64,000 nt of DNA, from contig JAMWBK010000005.1 in NCBI GenBank assembly GCA_029953675.1, positions 2,294,001-2,358,000 of the forward strand, read 5' to 3'. This DNA is from Rhodosorus marinus CCMP1338 (taxonomy: Eukaryota > Plantae > Rhodophyta). The stretch's first letter is position 1. Each line of letters starts with the position of its first letter. Under the pieces are notes generated by a model that was not told where the DNA came from, made no database searches, and was given only the letters and a program-made list of their open reading frames with translations. The position numbers and the translations under genes are program-made. This document shows, piece after piece, positions 14,254 to 24,025 of this stretch.

Positions 14254-14326
14254 GCCGGGATAGCTCAGTTGGGAGAGCGTAAGACTGAAGATCTTAAGGT
14301 CGCCGGTTCGATCCCGGCTCACGGCA
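14254..14326 (+). tRNA. trnF: tRNA-Phe(GAA), copy 1
   Basis: GCCGGGATAGCTCAGTTGGGAGAGCGTAAGACTGAAGATCTTAAGGTCGCCGGTTCGATCCCGGCTCACGGCA, a 73-nt cloverleaf with anticodon GAA. Confidence 0.95.
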
Positions 14327-14425
14327 AAGAAATTTCTTAACTTTGATTTTTGAACTTATGAGTGACCTTGACAAACTAGTTGTAAGAGCGGTTAATTAAT
14401 ACAATGAAATTAAGTAATCTTGATA

Positions 14426-14498
14426 GCCGGGATAGCTCAGTTGGGAGAGCGTAAGACTGAAGATCTTAAGGTCGCCGGTTCGATCCCGGCTCACGGCA
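14426..14498 (+). tRNA. trnF: tRNA-Phe(GAA), copy 2
   Basis: Identical 73-nt sequence to copy 1, 172 bp downstream. Confidence 0.95.
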
Positions 14499-14700
14499 TT
14501 CTATGTATCCCTTTCTACCCAGGCACGGCTGCCGATATTCTAATTTTTTACCGTACACCCGAAGAACTGTAATTATAAAGTCGATAAAAAAGCCCTTTCC
14601 TAGGAAGGAACGAAGCTACAATAAAAAGATATCGTATTACTGTGTAGGCATGGTCAAACAAGCTGTGGATTATGGTCAATTGGGTTTGTCATTTCCGTCC

Positions 14701-14830
14701 TCTATCCGACCTGAATGAAAAAGAAACAAAGGCGCAGTCCGATAAAATCTATCCGACCTGAATGAAAAGGAAACAAAGGCGCAGTCCGATAAAAGTTTAT
14801 CCGACCTGAATAGAAAAGAAAATAAGTGAT
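14701..14830. repeat. ~47-bp tandem repeat (about 2.5 copies) rich in TCCGA(C/T) motifs
   Basis: TCTATCCGACCTGAATGAAAA(A/G)GAAACAAAGGCGCAGTCCGATAAAA starts at 14701 and 14748. A degenerate third copy starts at 14796. Confidence 0.9.
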
Positions 14831-15073
14831 CCATCCGACAAAATCGTCCGATAACGCGACCGATTTACTGTCCAATATTTTTCAATCGAAAAAGTGATTG
14901 GATATCAATCTTCTTTTTCGGGACACTGGGTCCCTGCGGGTCGCAGGAGAAGTATCTGAGGCGTAGTGAGGCGAAGAATGGATATGCAGCTACGCCAAGG
15001 TCTTCGTGTCGAGCGACTGGATCTTCTTATACCTTCACTCTCGTCCGGCATTGATGATCCGTTTATTCAGAGC

Positions 15074-15511
15074 CTAACCACCCTGAGAAGCGAGAAACAA
15101 GACGCTGATGTCGCGCGTCCAACAATAAAGAGGCGTTGAGCGCCACAGGGTCAAGGACAGTTCCGTGAGGAGGCTATCAAGACGACCTGGGTTGTTTCGA
15201 AAGAGCCCACGAAGCCAACGAGAACCTACACTATCAATTAAACCAAAGCACTCGATGATGAGTGGAACAAGCCGATAGGACAATGCCCTAGCGCGAAGCG
15301 TAGAGTCTACCACAGCCGCAGCGTACTGATGAAGCTTTTGTGCGTCATGCTGTGCAACGTCGAGTTCTTCGGATTCTTGGACATTTGCGCTCTCGTCCGA
15401 TAGTGATGCGTCAAACTGTACACCTTCGAGTTCTTCGGATTGCTGGACATTTCCGCTCCCGTCCGGCAGCAAAACCACCACAATGATGTTGACCGAGACT
15501 TTTACAGTCAA
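15074..15511 (-). mobile_element. Remnant A of a non-LTR retrotransposon: C-terminal end of a restriction-like endonuclease (RLE) ORF
   Basis: RARALSYRLVPLIIECFGLIDSVGSRWLRGLF...LSLTLWR is protein-similar to copies B and C on the opposite strand, but the DNA is diverged at many third codon positions. Confidence 0.6.
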
Positions 15512-15555
15512 TCACTTGAGATGTTCACTGCCTTGGTTTTCAACACCTCAGTTTT

Positions 15556-15804
15556 CGGCACTAGCACATCGCTTGGTACCCCTGATCATTCAGCGCTTTG
15601 GGTTCATGGACTCCGTTGGCTCTCGCTGGCTTCGGGGTTGTTCCGCGAACGCCCTGACCGTCTTTAATCGTTGTTTACCCGCTTAAGTTTCCTGCTGTGG
15701 CGAATGGGTGCCGCTTCGATGTTGGAGGCGCGCGATCTTCGCCTTTAGTCTTTTTTTCCCTCAGGCTTTTTTTCTCTCAGCCTCCGATTGAACCATTCAT
15801 TCCG
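15556..15804 (+). mobile_element. Remnant B of an RLE-type non-LTR retrotransposon (3' ~250 bp, frameshifted, with an in-frame stop)
   Basis: High nucleotide identity by eye to 17617-17868 (ALAHRLVPLII..GFMDSVGSRWLR). Shares the 3' UTR ending AACCATTCATT. Confidence 0.7.
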
Positions 15805-17182
15805 TGTTAGCGAATCACAACTGACCTGCACCTATCGAATGCTCCCCTGAAGTCTGGTACAAGTCCAGATCTGAGCCTCCCAGTGGTCAATCGAAAAGTT
15901 CGGGAACCAATCATGATACTTATATTGACTAAACTTAGATAGGGGTTTCCGAGATTTTCGGACTCGGAGCCGGACAGGGTTACTGGTTCTTACAAACATA
16001 GCCTGCAGCGATACGTGAAGCTTGAAACGAACAACTAGGAACTAGGGAGAGAAACGTGCACGGCCAGGCGGCGATGGCGCCCCTCGGCAAGCATGCTGCT
16101 AGACTATCGCCAAAGAGCGACACTGAAACGCCGTAGGAGTTCCAAGTATTCCCCCCTAGAGGATGGTCAGTAGAGCATTTCCGCAGCCACTCCAATGCCG
16201 ACTCCTCCAGATGGCCAAAGGTTTCTAGTACCAAAGGCTGGAACCTGTGAGAACGACGCTCAGAGTTGCTAGCAGAGCCCTTGTAGTTGCTACCAGTGAT
16301 CTGTAGTTTGTCCAGTACCTGAGATTATTGGATCAGGCCTGGGTAGGATTAGGGTTTTTGCACGTTTGTATCTGCAAGAACGTTTCCCCTAAGTCCAGGA
16401 ATCCCTGAGGCTGGAGTATATATATATATATATATAGTGATGCTAGAGGCAGTCAACGAGCGATTGTCCTTGGGCGAGATAGAGGCACAGTAAAAATTGG
16501 ATGGGTAACGATCATTCACTATACTTGCACTGCGCTTTAGTCGTCCACTACAGTAGACGTCAACGTCCGATAGCTACATCGTCGTCTGAAGCCGAATATG
16601 TAGCAGTTGTGGAAGGCGTAAAGTCGTTGCGTTGGATCCAGCAACTCCTGGAGGAAGTAAATGTTGCCATCCCGAAAGCTACGATTTTTAAAGATACTAC
16701 TGTGTGCCTGCGTCGGATCAAAGAAGATGGTAAGCGTACTCCGAAGCACAGTGACATCAGTTTTCACCATGCGCAGGAACTGGGACGCTGGGACAGGTTC
16801 AAGTTCGAGTACGTACCGACTGAAAATCAAACGTGCAGACGTCCTTACCAAGCCACTGACTAGCGACCTCTATAAGAGGTGCTGGGAGTACGGGGTGTGG
16901 TTTAAGACGATGTATGGAAGGAGATCATTTGATGGGTGGTGTTAGCAAATCACAACTGATCTGCACCTATCGAATGTGCTCCCCTGAAGTCTGGTATAAG
17001 TCCAGATCTGAGACACCCAGTGGTCAATCGAAAACGGCGGGAACCAATCATGATACACATATTGACTAGACTTAGGGGTTTCCGAGATGTTCGGACCTAG
17101 AGCCGGACAGGGTTTCGTTCAGGGTTACAAACACAGAGCCCTTGTAGTTGCTAGAGGTGATCTTTTAGTTTGCCAGCTTACA
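15805..17182 (+). mobile_element. Reduced Ty1/copia LTR element: LTR - RNase H remnant - LTR
   Basis: Direct repeats starting TGTTAGC(G/A)AATCACAACTGA at 15805 and 16940, the second ending CTTACA at 17182. Degenerate PBS TGG-ATCAG-GC at ~16329 and purine run GGGTGG before the 3' LTR. The internal ORF has the copia RNase H motifs RQRPIATSSSEAEYVA, KHSDISFH and ADVLTKPL, the last after a frameshift. Confidence 0.85.
16417..16436. repeat. (TA)10 microsatellite inside the copia element
   Basis: Read directly from the sequence. Confidence 0.9.
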
Positions 17183-17190
17183 TCAGCCCC

Positions 17191-17878
17191 CCTGGCCGTA
17201 CGAGATGGGTTCGTCGTGCCCTCTCTGCTCTCAGACTGAAGAGAACGCAGATTTTGGAGGTCATCTGCTCGCTAGTTGCACGGCGGTGAAAGGTGCTCGA
17301 ACCGGCCGCCACACACGGATCTTGAACCTGTTATACGGGAACTTCCGCCTGTGGTCTGGCACGCCGGTCTGGAAATCGAACGTGAGAAGCCTTTACCCGT
17401 CGCGGACTTCCAAAATGATGAACGCCGTGTAGCCGACCTGGTGATCACCTGTGACGACAGCCACCGTACCACATACGTTGATCTTGCTGTTCCTAATCCT
17501 CAAGCTAGTCGTTATCCCGCGGCTGCAGGCGAGCGCCGTGGATCTGCCGCCGCCAGTATGAGACGACGCAAAGAGATCAAATACGCGGGGCTTTGTCTTC
17601 CCCTGATGTTCGTGCTTCGGCACTAGCACATCGCTTGGTACCCCTGATCATTGAGTGCTCTGGGTTCATGGACTCTGTTGGCTCTCGCTGGCTTCGGGAG
17701 TTGTTCCGCGAATGCCCTGACCGTCTTCAATCGTTGTTTACCCTCTTAAGTTTCCTGCTGTGGCGCATGAATGCCACGTTGATGTTGGAGGCGCGCGACC
17801 TTCGCCGCACTTAGTCTCTTTTCCCTCAGGCTTTTTTCTTTCAGCCTCCGATTAAACCATTCATTCATCCCGGAATCC
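17191..17878 (+). mobile_element. Remnant C: 5'-truncated RLE-type (CRE/NeSL/R2-like) non-LTR retrotransposon with zinc knuckle and endonuclease; two frameshifts
   Basis: CPLC-X11-H-X4-C...RH knuckle, followed by EREKP, RRVADLVI, YVDLAVPNP, KEIKY and LVPLIIECSG (PD-(D/E)xK RLE layout). The 3' end is (CATT)n. CAGCCCC occurs on both sides (17184-17190 and 17879-17885). Confidence 0.8.
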
Positions 17879-20184
17879 CAGCCCCAACAGCTGTCGTATG
17901 TTGACCACATTTCTGACCCGTTCAATTTTCTCGGTTCAAGCGTCGGAAAATCAGGCAGCCAGACTCCGTATCCGGCTTCAGCGGTTGACCGAATTCTCGC
18001 CCACACTAGGGTAGCACGGGAAGTCTTCGTTCGGGAGCTGTAGTTGAAATTGCTAGTAGTGAAAGATGGGGAAGAGGAAGAGTGTGTTCTGGGAGGACTT
18101 GAGGGATTTCATAGATGAGAGCGGGCAGCAAAATGCCAAGCGTCTGCGATGCGGGCAGAACTCATGGTTACCAAACTACTGAAGCTCCTGGTCCTGTGAC
18201 TCGAATAACCAGTCCAGTCCGCTTGCTCCGAGAATAAGTCCCCCGGTGGCTAAGGAATACGAACGGCACAAAGAACTCGCCTCGAGAATAAAGGCGGTTG
18301 AACTCCACCACTGGGTTAACCCAAAAGACACTGAAACGCGACCAACCATATGGTCGATCCCCAAAGTACTCACGCTACCAGAGGACACGAGAAGACTCCC
18401 TTCGGAATGGGCTTCGTCTACTCCCAAGTCTTTGCCACCCGCATCTTCAAACCAATGTTGCCAGCGTGTGAAGTCCAGAAATAATAATGATTCATTACAT
18501 GATACCACTATCAGCTAGTAAGTCGGAGAAGTAATGATGATTCATAATATGCCAGCCACACCAAGAAGTAATCATGATTCAATACCTGGACCGAAGATGA
18601 TTGATTATCAGACTAGCGTTGATTGAATATAGCACGATTTATCGGTCCTGTTTATCGGATGATCAATTGGATCTGTTTTTTCGAAGAATTTCAATCGGAC
18701 ACCATTCTTTTTATACTATTTTTCAATAGTCTATCCACTTCAAGAAATATCGGCACCGTCCGATAAACGTTATCAGAAGGCACTTGACGTAAAGCTACAT
18801 AGAGCCATTTTTAGTGCTATTTTATAGCCCTATGAGGTAGATATATTTTTAATTCATGTCCTATGTTTGTGTTGTTTTTCTTTATAAAATAGTCTATTTT
18901 GAAGTACATTCGTATTATGAAGAAAAATCATCGCCCTATCGTTATAATGAATTATTAAATTACAATTCACAAATACCATACATAGTCTAAGAGACTTCTA
19001 GTGGAGGAAAAGTTTGCGCCGAAGTTCACGGAACACTCGCTTTTCCTCGGCTACTTAGGCTCTGAACAAGCGGATGATGGTGAACATTCGACTGCATACA
19101 CGATTGCAACTTCGAGGTAGAGTCAATGCGAACCTTGCAAACAATGGTTTCACCAGCTCCGAGAACGTAAGCAGGAAAAGGAAGACTTGAAAACAAATTC
19201 TGTACCAGAAGATGTTTATGAGTTGGATACTTTCAGCACATCTTGATCTTGATATCTCTGATATGATCTTAGAGGAGAAAGTCAAGCTGGGACAAGCGAA
19301 GAGATACTCAGCACTCCTTCCGCATCCGCTTCTCAAAGTTTTGCACAGGCCAAAGGGAGCAATGTGGAGATCGGGAAGGTCCTGGAATAATTCGAGGAAT
19401 CAAACGACTTGCGTAAAAAGTCAATGTTCAAAAAAAAGAGCATACTTCTAGTAATACAACCTGATCACTGTATATCAGAAAGAAAGCCTGAGAGCATGAA
19501 AACTAAGACGAAGATTGGGAGTAGAACAGATGCTCCGCAACTGAAAGCATTGAAAAACAAGGCCTCAACGAGTGGTAAACGGGTGTGGTAAGCCACAAAC
19601 CAAACATAAACACGCCAAGAAACAGATGCCGCGGCCAGCCTCTCCGGGGAAGCTCTTGACCTCAACTCTCCTGGTTACAACCGACTGCAACAAGCAACGC
19701 GTTCAACATGTATAGTACATCTCAGTTCTCTAAACACGAAGAGGTCTTCTTCGCTTGATCAAGGGGTGCATGATAAAACAATCGCTGAAACGTCAGATAT
19801 CGAACCGCAGACGGATGCACTTCAACCACACCTCCGCCATAGAACCCTTGTTCGACAGATTCTGTGTTCTTACTCCCTTAGCCATCCAACAGAAGCGATC
19901 TTACAAGCTCGAACCCTATCCCATCGATTTCACAACTTCGAATCTTCTCCTGGAGTTCGCACCGAAGAACACCTCGGCATAGGGCCATAGTGCATCAAAG
20001 TTTTAGCTGGCCGGTTGGAATCGACGATTTGGGTTTAGTATAGGGCATAATTTAGGCAAACCCGGTGAAATTAGTACCGCTATCTGCATAGGGCAGATAG
20101 GGCCGGCCCTATGCTCCCATAGGGCGCGCCCTAATAAGAGATTCAGGGGTTCTCAAAAGCGCGGGAACTTTTCACCTGGTTTGC

Positions 20185-20262
20185 AGGGTTGAGAGCTGGG
20201 GTGTCCTAACATCTGGGGTGGCCTCACATCTGGGGTGGCCTCACACCCCAGCTCTCAACCCT
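20185..20262. repeat. Perfect 20-bp inverted repeat enclosing 17-bp direct repeats
   Basis: AGGGTTGAGAGCTGGGGTGT (20185-20204) pairs with ACACCCCAGCTCTCAACCCT (20243-20262). The interior carries ACATCTGGGGTGGCCTC twice. Confidence 0.9.
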
Positions 20263-20399
20263 CAATATACAGTGGTTTTTGAGCTTTTCTTAAAGCACTT
20301 TGCTGAGTATATAGCGTTTTCCGCCTTTCACACTTCTTGACACTTTTTTGCACTCGTATTGTTTTCCGTGGTACCCCTCCAGGTTGAACAGGCGTTCTC

Positions 20400-21770
20400 A
20401 CGAAAAGCCCACCAGACAACTTTCATCAGCCTCACGACGCATCACGCACTTTCCAACCACGCAGCTTTCGTCTGGTTCGAGACGGATCACACACTTGAGC
20501 TAGAGGCTGAACCCTCGACTAACCCGAGGCTAGCCTTGCGAGGAGCTGGAGACGTGTTAAGGGAGCAGGTGAATGAGAGTGCGGGTTTTCGTTGCTTACG
20601 AGGGTTCTGCCAGGACTTGTAGTCGCCGCCGAGATCCTGCCGATCCGGGAATTTCCCGTCCTTACCTGCCATGGTCCAGAAAGGCATTGCCATGAGAGCA
20701 GACGACCGCGCTGAGCGCAGGCAGGCGTGTTTCACTGATCTGCGACGCCTGTTTGAGCTACGAACGGGACCAAGACATCTCGAAGTAGCCCTTGCAACAG
20801 GCGTAATCTAAAACTAAACGTTTTGTTTTACTCATATATGTCGTCATCGCCTGGGGACAGAAGCTGCAAGCCCCCAAGCAGCAAACGGCACGTGCTCCAG
20901 TACCATCCGCAGAACAGTGGAACCCTAAAAGTGCTGGTTATATCCAGATGACCTCGGGATCCAAAGAATTTCAAGTCCACTTTTTTCTGGGGCAGGGTTT
21001 TCCCTCCCGCGGAAAAGTGCGGAGGAGCAGGAATGCAACCTCCGACGCGAAAATTCTTCCACGTAGCTGCTCAACCTGTTCGGTTCACTCCACTCCCACC
21101 GAGTAAGCCTTGAGCTCTGTTGTCAGGAGCTGCTACTACGCCCGTTCACGCCTTCAAACCTGCTGCGCTCCCAGCCCCGCAGATTGCAGGGGCTGCTCTA
21201 ACCATGTCTGAGAAAAATTCGCTTTTCGTACCAAACGAAGTTGGTTGATCCTAACGGTTTCCTGCACCAGCAGTCGCCGAGGGGTGACTGCGACCAGTGC
21301 CTCTTTGGCCCAGGAACTCAACCCGTCCTCTGCGTAAGGAGAAGCCGATCAACGAATCGGTGCAAACAAATCAGGATCTTGTCCGGTCAAAGCTGAGTCG
21401 TTGTTAATCTTCGGATGTGTGCTGATTCTCGAAGGTATATTATGACTTTCCCTAGTGGCTCTTGTGGCATCTACCGTCCTCCGCCACATTCTGCCAATGC
21501 ACACAAGCTTCAATGATCACTACGAACACGGGCAAGGCGCGTGCGTTGTAGGGACGATTCTCAGTTCGATTACTCGAATCCTTCAATGAAAGAGCTTTCC
21601 CGGGACTCTACCAATGCAGCGCCGGTGTCCCTCACTGTGACCCCATGGGCAGGGCCAAGCCACTTTTCTTATGAGTGCGGTCAGGCCCAGACCGCAGTCC
21701 GGTTCCTATCAGGCTGCAGTTCTGATAGACTCTTCTGCGCAATCTTCAAGCTGAACCGACGGCCGTGACA
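20400..21770 (-). mobile_element. Possible heavily degraded non-LTR retrotransposon RT/thumb region
   Basis: Stop-riddled frames include WLEQPLQSAGLG (compare LPxxxGGLG, found after non-LTR RT domains) and RLPALS...GNAFL. Weak. Confidence 0.25.
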
Positions 21771-21929
21771 ACTAGACGGAGTCTTGGTTGGTCGTAGAGC
21801 TTGTCCTCAGCCGCCCCTGCCTGACGAGACGACCAGCAATCAAATCGATTAGCAGTTAGTTCGAGTATGGGACATCGCGTCTGGATTCTTTGATGTCCGC
21901 GGATCTTACCCGCACGGACTAGGCGGTTC

Positions 21930-23030
21930 TTACTTGTGGGACATGCAATGCTTATTTACATGGCTCCGTTCCTTAAAGGACTTTCCACAAGTCTCGCAGG
22001 AGTACAGACGCCGATTTTCATGAACTGCCATTACGTGTCGGGCCAGCTTGGACCTTGCTCCAAAGCATTTCCCGCACACATCGCAACGACAACTAGAAGT
22101 CATTAGATGGAACACGCGAACGTGCTCATTCAAATGTCCTGTTTGAGAGAAGGTCCGTCGGCAGTACTGGCACTGGTGACGCTTAAAGCCACAATGCACG
22201 CTTTCATAATGCCTACGAAGATCATACGGCTTTACAAACCCTGCGCTACATATTGGGCACACTTTCTCGCTCTTCAGGGCATGGGAAGCCAGCATAGTCG
22301 CATTTCTGCTCAGTTTCTGTTTCTTCTCTACGTAGGTTAGCTGCACATATTTTTGACAAGCTTCCACGCTCTCCTGCTCCTCCCAATGGTGGGACGTAAG
22401 CCGAACAGTTTTCTTCCCCGCTGTCAACTTCCAGATTGATTTCACAGACTTCTCCTTGAGCTGCACTGCCTTGGTCAATCTTGTGTGTAGTGGAAGTCCA
22501 TCATATGCCATATCTGCAGCCTGCTGGGTGCATGAACAAGCCCAACCGTCCAGCAGGCAAGCAGGGCATTGTCTCAAAATCATTGATTTCTCAGGATTGC
22601 CCTTCACCTCACCGTTCTCTCCAACCAGCTGATGGTTACAGGAAACCGCACCATTCTCAGCTTCCACGAGGTGTCCCAACACAATTAGGCCATCTAACCT
22701 CTTGCTGAACATGGTTTCCGAGCGGATGCCGTCTCCGACCACGGCATATCGGACAAGGTTGGCTACCGTAGAATTATCAAGGTGTCGTGGAGGTCCAGAC
22801 TTGCCCAACTGCCATCCGAAACCTAGCATTGAGTGGTTCTGCGAAAACAAAAACCATAGCTCAGGTCTATGGAAGTGATGGGCCAACATGTTATCGCACT
22901 TTCCCTCACAGACGTTGTCCACCACAACTGCAAGGCCATCCTTAGTATTCGATGGGAGCGAGGTCGGTCCTGTCTTGAACAGCAGCCAATCTTTGATCTC
23001 CGAAAAGCCCGCTTGGAGAGCACTCGCCAT
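21930..23030 (-). CDS. C2H2 zinc-finger protein with four C-terminal fingers; upstream exons possible
   Basis: 376-codon ORF ending CPICSAGF..LRRHYESVH, CQYCRRTFSQTGHLNEHVRVFH, CDVCGKCFGARSKLARHVMAVH, CETCGKSFKERSHVNKHCMSH. An additional CPAC...CSC cluster lies in the middle of the protein. Confidence 0.9.
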   Translation of the reverse strand: MASALQAGFSEIKDWLLFKTGPTSLPSNTKDGLAVVVDNVCEGKCDNMLAHHFHRPELWFLFSQNHSMLGFGWQLGKSGPPRHLDNSTVANLVRYAVVGDGIRSETMFSKRLDGLIVLGHLVEAENGAVSCNHQLVGENGEVKGNPEKSMILRQCPACLLDGWACSCTQQAADMAYDGLPLHTRLTKAVQLKEKSVKSIWKLTAGKKTVRLTSHHWEEQESVEACQKYVQLTYVEKKQKLSRNATMLASHALKSEKVCPICSAGFVKPYDLRRHYESVHCGFKRHQCQYCRRTFSQTGHLNEHVRVFHLMTSSCRCDVCGKCFGARSKLARHVMAVHENRRLYSCETCGKSFKERSHVNKHCMSHK

Positions 23031-23657
23031 TGTCTTCAAACCCTTCCAAACGAGCTCCAATCGTGTCTTAAGGATACCCGCTCAGAGGAAAGATTGATCC
23101 CCTACCGAGCGGAAGCAAACCCGCTAATGAGCAACCTCTACCACAAGTTCAAACCCAGGACAAGCCTCGCCTCGAAACAAAGTTGACACAGCTGGCAGTT
23201 CCCAAGCCGCACGAAACCAAACGGCGGGAACAACTCCCGAGACCAAGCAGTATTTGACGAACTTTGCTCATCTCCCCCCCAACCCAACATCCCAACAACA
23301 ACGAAGTTCTTGCTGAACGAAGAATCCTTTGTCAATTCCGATTTTCTTTCATCCCGTTGCCAATTCGCAACTGAGCTTTCGGACCTAATCTCCACCGAAA
23401 CTTGAAGACAAAGAGAGCAGCCTGTCCGGAGCTTTTCAGTTATATCTCCCGGTTTCACGGGAAAACAGTCCAAGCCAGTTCCCAATGGCAAAAGCCTTTC
23501 ACTAGGGGTCCATGAGAGATCGTATTTCCCCAAATCCTTCAAAAATACTTCATCAAAAAATCGATGAGTTCCTGCTCCACACAAGAGAGGGGTTGTTGTC
23601 TTCTGACTTGGAAACTCGTTTTCCAGAGGTTTCCACGATCCTTACATGTCTTAACAA

Positions 23658-24025
23658 GGACATAGCGCCCAATGAGGGGTTAGCGGGGGAATGCACTGCC
23701 TTGAACTGGCTATTGGCTAACTATCCGGAAACGTATTGATTCTCCTGCACTAGGAAGACGACCTTGCAACCGCATGCGAAGTCCATTGCTAAACTGGAAC
23801 TGTTCGAAAGGATGTCAACCTTGTAATGGACAAATCCGCTAGGATATAGCGCCCAATGAGGGGTTAGCGGGGGAATGCACTGCCTTGAACTGGCTATTGG
23901 CTAGGTATCCGGAAACGTATTGATTCTCCTGCACTAGGAAGACGACCTTGCAACCGCATGCGAAGTCCATTGCTAAACTGGAACTGTTCGAAAGGATGTC
24001 AACCTTGTAATGGACAAATCCGCTA
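23658..24025. repeat. 184-bp direct tandem duplication (2 copies, about 3 mismatches)
   Basis: GGA(C/T)ATAGCGCCCAATGAGGGG...GGACAAATCCGCTA at 23658-23841 and 23842-24025. Confidence 0.95.

Noticed and set aside
19060-19990. Degraded coding-like sequence with a PHD-like QCEPCKQWFH and a faint hAT-dimerisation-like segment
   Set aside because: The Cys/His pattern is incomplete and there are many stops and frameshifts, so no family can be assigned.
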